A stretch of 64,000 nucleotides of DNA from Antedon mediterranea (lineage: Eukaryota; Animalia; Echinodermata), in the NCBI RefSeq assembly GCF_964355755.1, contig NC_092671.1:26486070-26550069 (forward strand), in the 5' to 3' direction. The notes below the pieces were generated by a model. The model was not told the DNA's origin and ran no database searches. It worked only from the letters and a program-made list of their open reading frames with translations. Made by a program: the position numbers and the translations under genes. How positions within the stretch are numbered: position 1 is the first letter of the stretch; every line of letters begins with the position of its first letter. Positions 27,268 to 39,430 of this stretch are shown piece after piece.

Positions 27268-28001
27268 TAGTGGGACTGGAGCAGCCCCTTATTATCGATA
27301 AAATTGGCCCGATTTTGTTCTCTCTTTTCTTTTTCAAAAGAAATGTTTTACCGTAAGAGCTTATGTTATGCTGTTTAATGACATTATACGTTTACTACTA
27401 CAAGTCCAGTAATAATGGAATATTGGTTTGGCTGTTACTACTTCATAGAAGAACTTAAATTGATTTGTTTTTACATTTTTTTCCACTCCTGAGAAAATAG
27501 GATAATAAACGTTTTTAGAACCTAAAGAATAATTATATCCATGATATGTTTATGACTTAAACATTTCTTCTTATTTCATTTTATTCCAATTCGTTTTCTA
27601 CAGAACAGAACCTCCTAATTTGACTTTAGATTTTAAAAAAAACCTACACTATAAAACAATTGATTACATTAGACGATTTGAAAATCAATCTCTCTCTCCC
27701 CCGTTTGAAAGTTCATACATTTCTTAGTCTTCCTATTTTGAAAACATAGCTAACTGCGCCAATTGAGGAAATCGTTTTTCATAGTTTGTCCTAGAAGAAA
27801 AATAAATATTGTTACAGTTATTACAAAATATACTACAAATGTTAGGTACATACGTCAATATTTTAATAATTTCACCTCAAATATTGTTAAATGTAGTGTG
27901 ATTTTACAATACAATTAGCACCAAAAGAAGCAGCTTGTTAATTTGGTTACCAATCGTAAGCTGTAGTTGTTCCTAGTGGGTAGCTAGAGGTTAGTTTTCC
28001 T

Positions 28002-28445
28002 AGGGGGTAGTTGTCCTAAGGGGGTAGTTGTCCTAAGGGGGTAGTTGTCCTAAGGGGGTAGTTGTCTTAAGGGGGTAGTTGTCTTAAGGGGGTAGTTGTC
28101 TTAAGGGGGTAGTTGTCTTAAGGGGGTAGTTGTCCTAAGGGGGTAGTTGTCCTAAGGGGGTAGTTGTCCTAGGAGGGTGATTGTCCGGGTGGTAGTTGTC
28201 CGGGTGGTAGTTGTCCGGGTGGTAGTTGTCCGGGTGGTAGTTGTCCGGGTGGTAGTTGTCCGGGTGGTAGTTGTCCGGGTGGTAGTTGTCCGGGTGGTAG
28301 TTGTCCGGGTGGTAGTTGTCCGGGTGGTAGTTGTCCGGGTGGTAGTTGTCCGGGTGGTAGTTGTCCGGGTGGTAGTTGTCCGGGTGGTAGTTGTCCGGGT
28401 GGTAGTTGTCCAGGTGGTAGTTGTCCAGGGGGTAGTTGTCCTAGA
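28002..28445 (+). repeat. Compound minisatellite: 17-mer agggggtagttgtc[c/t]ta x10, then 15-mer gggtggtagttgtcc about x17
   Basis: Read directly; ends gtagttgtcctagacc like a TIR; a single unit also occurs at 25990-26005. Confidence 0.95.
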
Positions 28446-28449
28446 CCCC

Positions 28450-28576
28450 CTGTCTACATTATCAAACTTTATGTGACAAAAATTGTGATGTGCCAATATA
28501 TAGATATGATGATGTCATATCACTACCATCTTTGAACATTACTACCATATTTTGGCACATCACACATTTTTTGTCA
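28450..28576 (-). mobile_element. Short palindromic MITE fragment (same family as 35298-35418)
   Basis: ctgtctaca.tatcaaact end; core 28506-28529 is the exact reverse complement of 35373-35396. Confidence 0.75.
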
Positions 28577-28659
28577 TTCTTTCGGATCCATGAAAACAAC
28601 CTTCATTTTATCACAAAAACTGCAGAAATGTTGTAGGCTAGGGGAATCTAGCATTTTGA

Positions 28660-28878
28660 GTTTCGTAAAATGTTTCATTAGAGCAAATATAAGTATGTAC
28701 ATTCTGAAAAAGTCAGTGAAACAATCAAATCTCTAGCATTATTGGTTTTCGAGATATGGTAACACTGTAATTTCACCTTAATCTGCATATACTTTAGGGC
28801 AATTTGCATTGGAATGAGTGATGCTCAAATTTGTCCTGTTTTCATTTGTTTTTTAGCTAGATTGCCTACTGTAGCCTA
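28660..28878 (+). mobile_element. Degenerate right arm of the 3331-5690 family
   Basis: tatgtacattctgaa..gagatatg.taac.ctgtaatttc..tgatgctcaaattt..gctagattg..tagccta. Confidence 0.7.
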
Positions 28879-31866
28879 AAAATTCACCAATTCTTGTTTT
28901 TTATAAATTTATATTGAATCGTAGAACTATAATCATTGTCCATAAACATAAAACTTTACCATGCAGTTGAATCATCCAATCAAATGGCCAGGATACACTC
29001 ATACACAATGATTAAGGATCTATTTTGGTACTTAGATGCTGCAACCAATAGGCACAATATATTGCAGACCAGACAAAATAATAACAAAGTTGTCTGGTAA
29101 TTAACCAAATCATTTAATTTCTACATGCAATTATTGATTAGATTTTAGAATATAATAGGTAGCTACATGTCAAAGGTCAATTTACCAATATGTCTTGTAA
29201 CTAAATCTTTCTTGTCATGCCAATATTCTGGAATTAATTTGTTGAATGATGTCACTAAAGAGATATCATATTGCGCCGCCTATGTGTTATCACGAGCACA
29301 ATGATTGTGTTGCTGATGTAACCTGTGCGCATTGGATTTCCAAAGCAGATGTGTGTAGATAAATTACATAATTAGGATAAAACATAGTGGGAGAGTTTGC
29401 TATGTAATGTTATACAATTTTGATTATGGGAAATTAATATATAGCAGAGATTTAAGAAGAATTACAAATAATTTAGAATTGTGGTACACTGAACAGGGAG
29501 GAAAGGAAACTAAATGAAACACATTCAAGTATACAGTATGCTCACATCAGTTGAAACATTTCAGAAAATAAACTGTTTTCAATTCATTAAAATAGTGATT
29601 AACATGCTGCTGAAAGATTTTGGGTTAATTTCCCTAAATGTTTTGTTTGTCATAGAATTTAGATGTTAGATGAATTTTATTCAAATATAACAATTAGTTT
29701 TAAATAATATGGGTCCCCATATTTTATAATTTAAAAATTTGCAGGCTTATTGAAAACTTTTAAATCTACTTTCAGAGAAACTATTGTACCAGGTATATTT
29801 ATTGATTGAGTATATTGCTCAACAGATTCTCAATAATATTTGACCTCTGACCTAATCATTGTAAAAAGGTTTAAAGTTGCAGGTTATATAACAACTTGTT
29901 TATTTATAATGATGGTGATAGCAATTATTTAAATGCACAAGAAACTAGTCATAGCCAATATTAGAATGACATGCTTGTGCTGAGTGATTTACAATGAACA
30001 AATTGCTGTTTCTGTTATCAAGACTGTTGTCTTTTATTTTAAGCTACTTTAATTTCCATCAAAGCAATTAATGAGTGATAAATACTGATGGCGTGTTTGC
30101 GAGGTCATTAAGAACATATTGCGGCTGTACTCAATAAACTTAACATAGATATTATAAAGGTTACTCATAGAACAGATATTAAAAGCAAGTTGGACAATGA
30201 CGAAATAAATTGGTATTTTCTAAAAACTGGTATAGTATCTTACTTGAATTTGTTGGTGGTTGCATTTAACAGGTCTGTAAATTTGTTTTCTTTTTGATAA
30301 AATGTTTAGATGTATAGTATCCATATTTATGTAGCACAAAGTTGGGAAATGTTTTAAATAACATATTGTTCTATTTAAAATTATGTGCCATGAAACTATT
30401 ATTATGAATAAAAACTTGTTCCAATTAACATACATTTAGATTTTTTTAAATTTTGTTCTTGCAAACCTTTGAGTTGAACATTTTGCTTTATTTTCACTAG
30501 GTTTTAAACCATTAAACCTGAACTTTACATACATCAAAATATGTATCCTTGAACACTTAAAATGTTTAAAGCCCAACTCAATAAATTATGAAATTGTTTA
30601 TTCCTCCTGTAATTGGTGAGTTGCTCGCTGTTGGATGCCTATGAAATAAATAGATAAAGAGTTTTAAAAGGGTAGCAATGTCCTTTAAGTCCATAAGGAC
30701 ATCTCACAATGCTGTCTGTGGTCCTACACAAGATTTCTAAATCTGGTGCCTTACCAGAAAACCGTTAAGAACCAGTGAATAACCATTTCAACAAATTTCA
30801 TGTATGTAATATCATGTGACAATAAATTGAATCTTGAATCTTATAATGCAACGGACAATGGTTTAGCATTCCATTGGGGCTGTTCATGCTCTGGGGCCCA
30901 TTAAGCTCCAGGGCTCTTGGGTTCCGTTTAGCCCATGAGTGCTCATAGCTGTTGCGCCAATGTTGAGGACCCCTGCCCTAAATGATGTTTATCTATAATA
31001 AAAATTCTGCCTGGAGAAAATTACTCTTGCTAATGGCTTAAATGTTGTTGATGCCTATATCTTTGTTTCTTGCACAATTTTAATCCAAACAGCATTTCAC
31101 ATAAATGTGTTATCTATTCCACAGATTAAAATGTTAAGCCTCATTATGTTTCATAATCTATGGTATTAATGTATAAAATAAAAGCCTGTTTTACATATCA
31201 TGTTTTGTATTGTGATTGGTGGATAATCAGGATGTTCATTTCAATTTGTAATAAGGGAGTGGTGTTTGTCAATATCATTTGGTTGCTTCTGTCTTCATTG
31301 GCCATCTTCATAGTTAACTTTAGTCCACTCTTCAGTATAGATAATAGTACTGTACTGGGTATGTGTTCTGTTGCTTTGTTTATTTCTTTTATTTGACCAT
31401 CTGTAGCTGACACTCTGTTTTCATTATACATAATTTTCTATTTGTAAGTATGATAGATCTCCTGGCATGATAGTATTTTGGTGAAGTTTTTCCTGGAATG
31501 TAGTACATCAATTGCAGGACATGTTTATATCATGTCTAAATAGGTCTAGAAGAATTTGAATTTTAAATATATTATTTTCAAGTACTGTACTGTAAGTAAG
31601 TTAAATCATTTACAGTCAAATGATTGACTGATCATAATCAAGATTAGGCAGGCGGTTACGACTTTGACCACTCCTTCCAATAATTTGAGAATTTCTTCAA
31701 TACCAAATTATGGTTACAGGTAAATTGGTGGCAATATTTGTAGTTATCTAGATCATCAATGTGCTTGTGAACATGTATTGCGATAATAAATAGTGTTCAT
31801 TTATAGGCATGTATGAACAGACACCCAAAGTGTTACAATAATCACAATACAACATTATGTTATATA

Positions 31867-32311
31867 CTAGCAGTAACCCGTGCTCCGCACGGTCTTTTTC
31901 TGCCTTAATATGTTGTTATACACTTTGCATGGGCAAGTATAATAACAGCGCACTTTGATAAAAGTACTTTGACAAATTATTAAAATAAAAACAAATTTTA
32001 TCAAGAATAAAATTTGAAACTACTGTATTTACGGCCATTGGTTTGATATACACTATTCCTTCACTTCAATATATGTAGGCTAACAAATTAAAGCAATAGT
32101 ACAGTGGATATGGAACTTTGACTTTACTTTCGACGGGAAGATAAAAGATGCTAAAGAAACATTTTTTTAGTGTTTATCCTTAAAATTCAGGAAAGTGACA
32201 TAGCCTATCATGTGCGGCCCCTCAATAAACATCAGTGTGCCAAATGTGAGCACGTACCTTTCATTGGTTTTAGAGGAGATTACGCGAAAAAATTAGTAGC
32301 ATTAATATAGA
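31867..32311 (-). mobile_element. Non-autonomous Helitron (canonical)
   Basis: Minus strand A|TCTATATTAAT ... hairpin ccgtgc-gga-gcacgg 11 nt from the end, then CTAG|T. Confidence 0.85.
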
Positions 32312-32416
32312 TTATTTCCAAATTTATATTATAAATAGAAAAGTTTTTAAATTCTTAATCCCCATATTGCTCCACAATACAAGAGGAGCTTTTAAAAATG
32401 TGCATTTTTTTTACAG

Positions 32417-33320
32417 TAGCAAGACTGCGGGATAAATTCAGTGATCGTCCGTCTTCCTACCACACATCATCTGAACGTCAGCAGCGTTTCCATGCTAGCC
32501 GACCATCAAGTGGTTCGTTTTCACTACGTGGAGATACTTACGAAAGCCAGAGTAGCTACCGTTACAGTGGAGATTATAGTCGTTACTCACCAAGGGATAG
32601 GATATCTTCTACAGATTCATCCTTATCGCAAGATCGTTATAAACATCGAAGCCCACTTAGCCCTACTGACAATGTTACAAGTAGAGCAAGAACTAGGCCA
32701 AGTTCATTGACTGGAAGTTTTGACCCAAAACGTGCTAGTACAGAAAGTGGCTATGGTAGCCTAGAAAAAGAAATAAAAAGAAGCAGTAGGCCTTCAGAGT
32801 CAAGATACAGTAGTCACAAAAACAAAGTTGATAAATCCGATACTAACTCACTAACTGATAAATACCTTGGTGCACGATCACCCAATGGTAATTTAAGTCC
32901 CAGATATAGTCCTACTTCTCCAAAGTATTCAACAAACAGTCCCAAAATGGGGGGTACTTTAGCAACGACTGCCAGTGAAAAATTGACACAGTTACGACAA
33001 CAAATAAGTGGGTCAGAATCATCTGAAGACCTAGAAGCACGCTCGGCACGTATTGCTAAATACAAAGAGCAACGTAAAAGGGAACTCGCTGAAAAATATG
33101 GCATTGGTATATCACCCTCGAGCAGCGAGACTGATCTCACTACAAAGAGGATATCAAAAGAAAGACCTTTAGATTCAGGAGGAAGCAATAAGGAAGAGCA
33201 AACTAAAGCTCCACTTGCAAAGGAAGAATCCATTGACAGTGTGTCAAGTAAATCATCTACAAAATTAGAAAAAGATGATGATGATGTGTTCATGCACAAA
33301 GAGGATTCACAAGGAACAAG
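32417..33320 (+). CDS. SVIL: Supervillin-like gene, large Ser/Arg-rich exon C
   Basis: Open 904-nt exon, ttttacag| ... AG|gtagtt; LEARSARIAKYKEQRKRELAEKYGI matches the supervillin N-terminal motif [25 protein letters not shown] (recalled, not searched). Confidence 0.88.
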
Positions 33321-34375
33321 GTAGTTATTGGTAAAACATGTCTGCTGCCCTCTATATTCTTCTATTAGCACTGAACAATTTATTGTGTGGGTCAAATAAT
33401 AGTGTCATTTTTTATGATAAATGACAATTTCCCTTTCAAAATATAATCAACCTTGCAACCTTTGTCACAAAACACACATTGTTTAAAGGCACTTTAAAAG
33501 TTTTGTTTCGAATTTTAGAAGGCCAATCACAAACAAAATGCTTATCAAATTATCACATCTTTTTCTCCAAGCACCTACATTTAAGAAAAAGATGGATTTG
33601 CATGATTGTCTTTTTTGTTGGGTGAATAGTATAGTTAATTGCATGTAAACAGAATTGAATAATAAATTAGTTGAGATTTTATTTTGCTTTATATTCAAAA
33701 TCAATCAACATCAGATTGTTCCTTACATACAGTAGTTTGATTAATTCATACAAATGGCTTTATTGTGCTATTGGGCGACAATAGGTAATGGCTTCTTTTT
33801 TCCAATTAGGCGACCAATTCATTTGTTTCATGTTTCTGGGAATAAATTGTCAAAGTCAAAGTAAAACTTTATTAATCCCTCAAAATTGTTTATTTAATTA
33901 ATAGATAAACATATCGACTTCTGAAAATGTCTCAAAATTATAATGATGAATTTTCTGTGAAAAAATCTCAACTAGTTCGATGATGAGTTTTCACACATCT
34001 TAGCACTTCTGATTGTATGTTGAGGTAACTTAAATTATTGTTGAAATTTGTTGAATCAAATGTTGACAATAATTTATATGATTTTGCATGTTGTTTTATA
34101 TTATATTATCAATATCTATGCTTCTAACATATTGTTAAACACAGCTTCTTGTAGATCCAACCAATTTATTATTTTACCAAATATTAAACTTATTTTACCT
34201 AAACCTACTTAAATGATAAATCTGTTATTCAAAATCAAATATCATCATGTTGTACTTGGATTTTAAAGTCAACAATTATACAAAACATAAAAGTTGGTTT
34301 TTTAAAAAGAAGCTGTGTTTATCATTGCTATTGCCATCCGTTGAGCATGCAGGTGAATTCTTGTCTATCCATCAG

Positions 34376-34462
34376 AATTTCCATCGACTCTTCGGTTATA
34401 TCACAAGAAACGAAACAACTCGTTACCGCATTAGAGGCTTCACGGGCAGCACGCAGAGAAAG
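34376..34462 (+). CDS. SVIL: Supervillin-like gene, exon D (symmetric phase 2-2)
   Basis: ttgtctatccatcag| ISIDSSVISQETKQLVTALEASRAARRER |gtatct; 87 nt. Confidence 0.68.
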
Positions 34463-35171
34463 GTATCTGTTTACGTATTAGCCTGCTATTTAAACCTTGT
34501 ATCTTATTTGGACTTCTTTACTTACACTTTTTTTTACTTAATACACTATGTGTAATTTCTTTAAGTTATGTTATATTTTCGATGCTGTGTTGATATCTAC
34601 TTATTTTGTCTGGTATTTTCAAAAAATTATTTTGATATTGAATTATTATTAATTGAATTGATAATGTCTTTGTCTAGGAATCCAAGCAACGCAAGCAGCT
34701 CTATAATATAGTATCCACATTAAAAAAAATAGTGCACCAGAGATAATTAGTGCCTGTTTTTAGTCTCCCTTCCCTTATAATAATATAATATGTCCTAAGC
34801 GAGAATTATCCTGTATGAGTTGCTGATATCTACTGCCCTCTATTGCTATATCCCATAACAACTTTTAGTGCATAATAGATAAATTTAGAATACAGTAATC
34901 TAATAATAAAACAATAATATTGTTAATGTTTAAATATATTACTTTTACTAATGAATGCATAATTGTATAACAGAAAATAATTTTTGTTAGTTAATTAATG
35001 TATACCACTAAAACTCCATTATAGATTACAAAAATAAATTTTGAAAATTAATTAATTGATTCTTTATTTATTTAGTGTTTATTATTTGTTTTTCAATAAT
35101 TTCTAAACAATTTGTGACAATTGGTGGGTTTTTATTTATTTTTTATTGCATAATGTTTGTCTATTATTTAG

Positions 35172-35281
35172 AATGAGAAGAGCTGGTAGTATAGGTGAAA
35201 TGACGACAGATCAAATACTAGCCAGACACAAAACAAGGAAGGACAGCGATAGTGAAAAAAGAACTATACAGGTTCAAGAAG
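35172..35281 (+). CDS. SVIL: Supervillin-like gene, exon E
   Basis: ttatttag| MRRAGSIGEMTTDQILARHKTRKDSDSEKRTIQVQE G|gtaaga; phase 2 to 1. Confidence 0.8.
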
Positions 35282-35297
35282 GTAAGAACAATGTTAA

Positions 35298-35418
35298 GCT
35301 CTGTCTACACTATCAAACTAGTTTGACAAAAAAGTTGTGATGTGCCCATATATGGTGGTGTTATTCCCAAATATGGTAGTGATATGACATCATCATGTCC
35401 ATATACTGTATGGGCACA
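35298..35418 (+). mobile_element. Short palindromic MITE fragment 16 nt downstream of exon E
   Basis: taa|gctctgtctacactatcaaact; internal IR gtgcccatatatgg / ccatata(ctgta)tgggcac. Confidence 0.75.
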
Positions 35419-36234
35419 GCTTTAGGAAGTGTTTAGACTTGCGATGGAGGCATTATATTTCAAATACCGGTTCTCTTTAGATCACTAAAGTTTTATGGAA
35501 CATAATTGTACCCTATAGTCTAAGGGGAATCATACAGTGTTTTTGGTAATCATGGAGTTTTTGAAGCAAATCTGGAATCTCGCAATACAATTAAAGATAG
35601 ATATTTTTGTCCGTGAACATGTATAAAATACATCCTTTAAAGTAGTGAGCTTCACAAAACATATAAATGTAGCTCCAAGAAATGGTCATTTAGTTTTCTT
35701 AGTAACTTATTATAAAGATTATTCAAATTTTTTGTTATGACATCATACTTTATAAATAATTGTTTGCATGTACGTGCTATAATTCTTTGGTGGTAGTGTA
35801 CTTGTTAAACTGACTGAAAGGGACAACAATAAAAGTTAACTAAGTTTGGCTAGGATTAACTCCAATACTTGCACTTACTGCAATTTGTTTATTATTTAAA
35901 TATTTTCATACGTTATAGATCATTAACAACGAACAATAAAACACATACACTGTTTTTGCAGACACTGTATGCGCATTAAATACTCAACAACCCTTACCAA
36001 TATTTAAAGGCCAGAAGTTAAGTAAACACCATCTATAAATTTGGTTTTTAAAGTCTTGCAAATATGTTGGTAAAATTCCTATACCTCTTATAACTATGTA
36101 TTTAAATAAAATTGTTTATGATTACTTTAATTTTATCATATTTATTTTGCATAACTACTTCTCCAACCATATCCCCCTTTTGAGACTGATAGTATATATC
36201 TGGCTTAATTTTATTGGAGGGAAATTACATCATT

Positions 36235-36920
36235 TTATTTATTTTTTTTTTCATTTTATTCAGTTTTCAACCAACAGCCATGAAACCGCCACTAACAGGT
36301 TGAATCCAAACATAATAAACTATAACATGTATTCAAATAAACAAACAAAACATAAACAAAGATCACAACATTAAAGAGATTTAACAATTTTACCCTTAAA
36401 TACATTTAAATTATCATAAAATAAATCAATATCCAAACAAGTAACAAGTAACCTATTAAATGTGTTAGGTAACCGCTGAAAAATACCTCGTTTTGTGCAT
36501 TCAACACGACCACAAGGAACGTGAAGCAAACACTTGCTGCGAGTACGAGTTGGTATATTCAACTTAAACAAAGCAGCAAGAGGACATTCATAAACAGAAT
36601 TGAATGAGTTGTATAAAAAAACCATATCAAAAACAACTCTACGATTTTCAAGAGAAATAAGAGAAACATTATAATTAGGACAAGTGCGAGTAAGGAATCT
36701 AATGAATTTGTTCTGAACATTATAAATACGCTGAGATTGAGTACAAGAAATTGAATTAAAAATGACTGAACAGTATTCCAGGTGGGGACGCACGACTGAA
36801 CGGTACAATGATGTTAATGCTCCACCATTGCCCATGAATCTACAGTTCCTCCATAACAAACCCAGCATTCTATTTGCCTTAGATACAACATAATTAACAT
36901 GTAAACAAAAATTTAACTCG
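36235..36920 (-). mobile_element. 5'-truncated LINE (CR1/L2-group-like), RT C-terminal region plus 3' UTR
   Basis: LNFCLHVNYVVSKANRMLGLL..LYRSVVRPHLEYCSVIF..LENRRVVFDMVFLY; A-rich tail at about 36235-36260; flanked by catcatt direct repeats (36228-36234, 36921-36927). Confidence 0.88.
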
Positions 36921-37979
36921 CATCATTGTAGGAGGTACATTTTAACCACAAAGAGAAATTCAAGTCAAATTCATTACCTTAAGGAAATGTACTAAAATAT
37001 GTTACGGTAGTTGGCTTAAAGTTAGCAGCGATATCTGGTTTAAAATGGTGTTTGATTTGGTATTGTTAAAACCGTTTATTTGAAATTCATCCTGTTTTTT
37101 TTGCAAAGAAATCGGTGGTAATTTATTCAACAATTCTTTTGTGTAATGGTAAAATATAAAGAGTAAACACATTTTTGCGGTACATGATCTAATTAAAAAA
37201 CTTATCTTGCTCAAGAGAAGTACTGTATATTGGCACGCTTTTCACTAATTCAAATAAAATTTACAAATCGTGTTTGCTGAAAGAATTAATGTCTAGATAA
37301 CTTGTATTCAATTCATTATAATCACGATACGGGGGATTTTGGCAACCTGTTTCCCGCATATAAAATATCTCTGGCTGCCTTCTATTTTTTAATTTGGTGA
37401 TAACATAATTTGGTTTTAGTGTCAGTTTGAGTTTGTCTTCAATTTTTCGGCTATTCATGCTCTCGTCGTCGTCATGTCTATTAGGTATCCTTCCTCATCA
37501 AAAGTCCACAGATGTCAGTTATCATGTTTTTGGCACAACAGAAACTTACATTTTTATCAGTGTAGAGGACAGTAACCAAATGCTATACAAACCCAACTTA
37601 TTGCTAAGTACAGTATTTATTAAATGGTATAGCAAAAACTCAATAAAAAACTATGTTTCTTACATATATTATCAGTTTAATAATTGCTAATCACAATTTG
37701 TTAATGAAACTAAGAGATTAATGATTTTCAATAAGTGATAACATTTTTCTAAAATACTAAATAGTAATAATAATAATTGCTTTATTTCAACTCGGAGAAC
37801 TTGATCACCAAAAGGTGTTTTTCGTCAAGGCCGTGCAAGGCCAACAATGGTATTATATACAGTGTGGTATAAAAACCATAGAGAAAATTTTTCCATGAAA
37901 AAAACATAAAATTCAGCAGGCTTCCCCATTATGTGTAGCTTTTCTTGATACTGCACTTATAAAATAACTTTGGTTGCTA

Positions 37980-38141
37980 CAGTCAGATTTCCTGAAAACC
38001 GAAAACTCTCCCAAAACCAGACTTTTCTTCAAGTCCCAAATTCATCTTTACCATTAAAATCACATTCTGAATATAATACTTTCTGGAAAACCAGACATAT
38101 TTGGCTAGCTCAACTGTGTCTGGTATTGAGAGAGTTGACTG
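37980..38141. mobile_element. Degenerate pogo/Tigger-like MITE
   Basis: ta|cagtca ... gagagttgactg|ta; repeated aaaaccagac. Confidence 0.5.
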
Positions 38142-38369
38142 TAGTAAGTAGTAGTACTGTAGTTGATAATGAAACCTTCTTGTTGATGGGAAATTTTGAT
38201 TTGCTAGGTCAGATCAATCGATTTGTTGATCGTCTGGACCTAGAAACCATCAAAACTTTGTCAGTGTAGGGAATGAGGAAACATGTGCCAATATCCAAAT
38301 GAAATTTGTCCATCGGTCATCGGAAATCAAAAACTCCCTATTGTTGGGGAGCTATTTTTCAAACTTAGG

Positions 38370-39430
38370 AAGAGCGTTCACATAGAATTTAACATCGTGA
38401 TATAAGTATGCTAATGAGGTGCACTAATGCGTGAAAGGCCAAACACACATGTTCGGAGCACACGTGGGAAGGGATTGTTGATTTGTTTTTGAAGTGACGT
38501 GGGCCTAGCCTCTATGTAGTAGCTAGCCAGCAGGCCGAAGACAACAATAACAAATAATATTAACTAATAGGCGTTGTCCATCGTTCTCTTGCAGATGAGC
38601 TATGGCATCTTTGGGCCTGTTCGTAGGGGTTGAAAATACCAGCTTATTCCCGATTTCCGTTCGCGTGATCCAATTAACTTTTGCCTCGGGCTACAAAAAA
38701 TTCGAGGTAAAATGTTCACCAAATTTGCAGGTTATTTCAGCGATAATCCAATTATACTCGGCCTTCGAGGATAATAAATCTCCGATAGAGGCAATGTGTC
38801 AAATTTTGACAAACGTTCGCTGCCTAGGCCCGTCATTTCTCCTACGAAGCTCTTCCATACACGCTTCGAGAGCGATCGTCAGCTGGTGCTGTCCTTGTTG
38901 GTGTAGACCGCTTAGTAGGCCTAGCTGGTCGGGGAGCCGCTGGTCGGTGGTGTTTCCGTCGTGCAACATTGGGCTCAAATTCTTCGTCAATTCTGAGTAA
39001 AATAATGGTCGTCAGGAGAAGGCAGGATTATCGGCGTTAAGAGGCATAAGGTTTGTCGCAAGGATAAGCAGTGTAAAAGGTAGCAAGTAATTGTTATTGT
39101 AAAGAAAGATCGCGAGTAAAAAATATACAACACGAAACTAGCGTGCGAAAATGGGGTCGTAGGTTGTAAAGACAACTGACCTTAAAACGTAATTTCCGGT
39201 TTGTGATTCGTCGATTAAGCATTTAAGCGGTTAAATATTTCAAGTACGAACAACGCTCAATTTATAACCCGAGGCATGGGTGAAATTAAGCGCTTATTTT
39301 AACCACCGTACGAACACGACCTTTGCCTCAAATATTTCGTGTCAAAAAGTAGGCCTAGAGTAACGACTTCCTGAAGGTTCATATAGAACATCATGATAAA
39401 GAAACTCACAATAATTTCTGAATGTGAACC
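38370..39430. mobile_element. GC/CpG-rich intronic insert, probable transposon remnant
   Basis: Sharp compositional shift; TIR-like end cgtacgaacacgacc at about 39320; no recognisable protein. Confidence 0.4.

Noticed and set aside
28152-28496. TTTTR and VVVVR repeat ORFs
   Set aside because: Artefacts of the 15-bp minisatellite
32814-33395. 193-aa minus-strand ORF
   Set aside because: Antisense shadow of supervillin exon C
34247-34555. 102-aa ORF and the acceptor at 34352
   Set aside because: Wrong frame; splicing exon C to 34353 gives an immediate TGA, whereas 34376 is in frame
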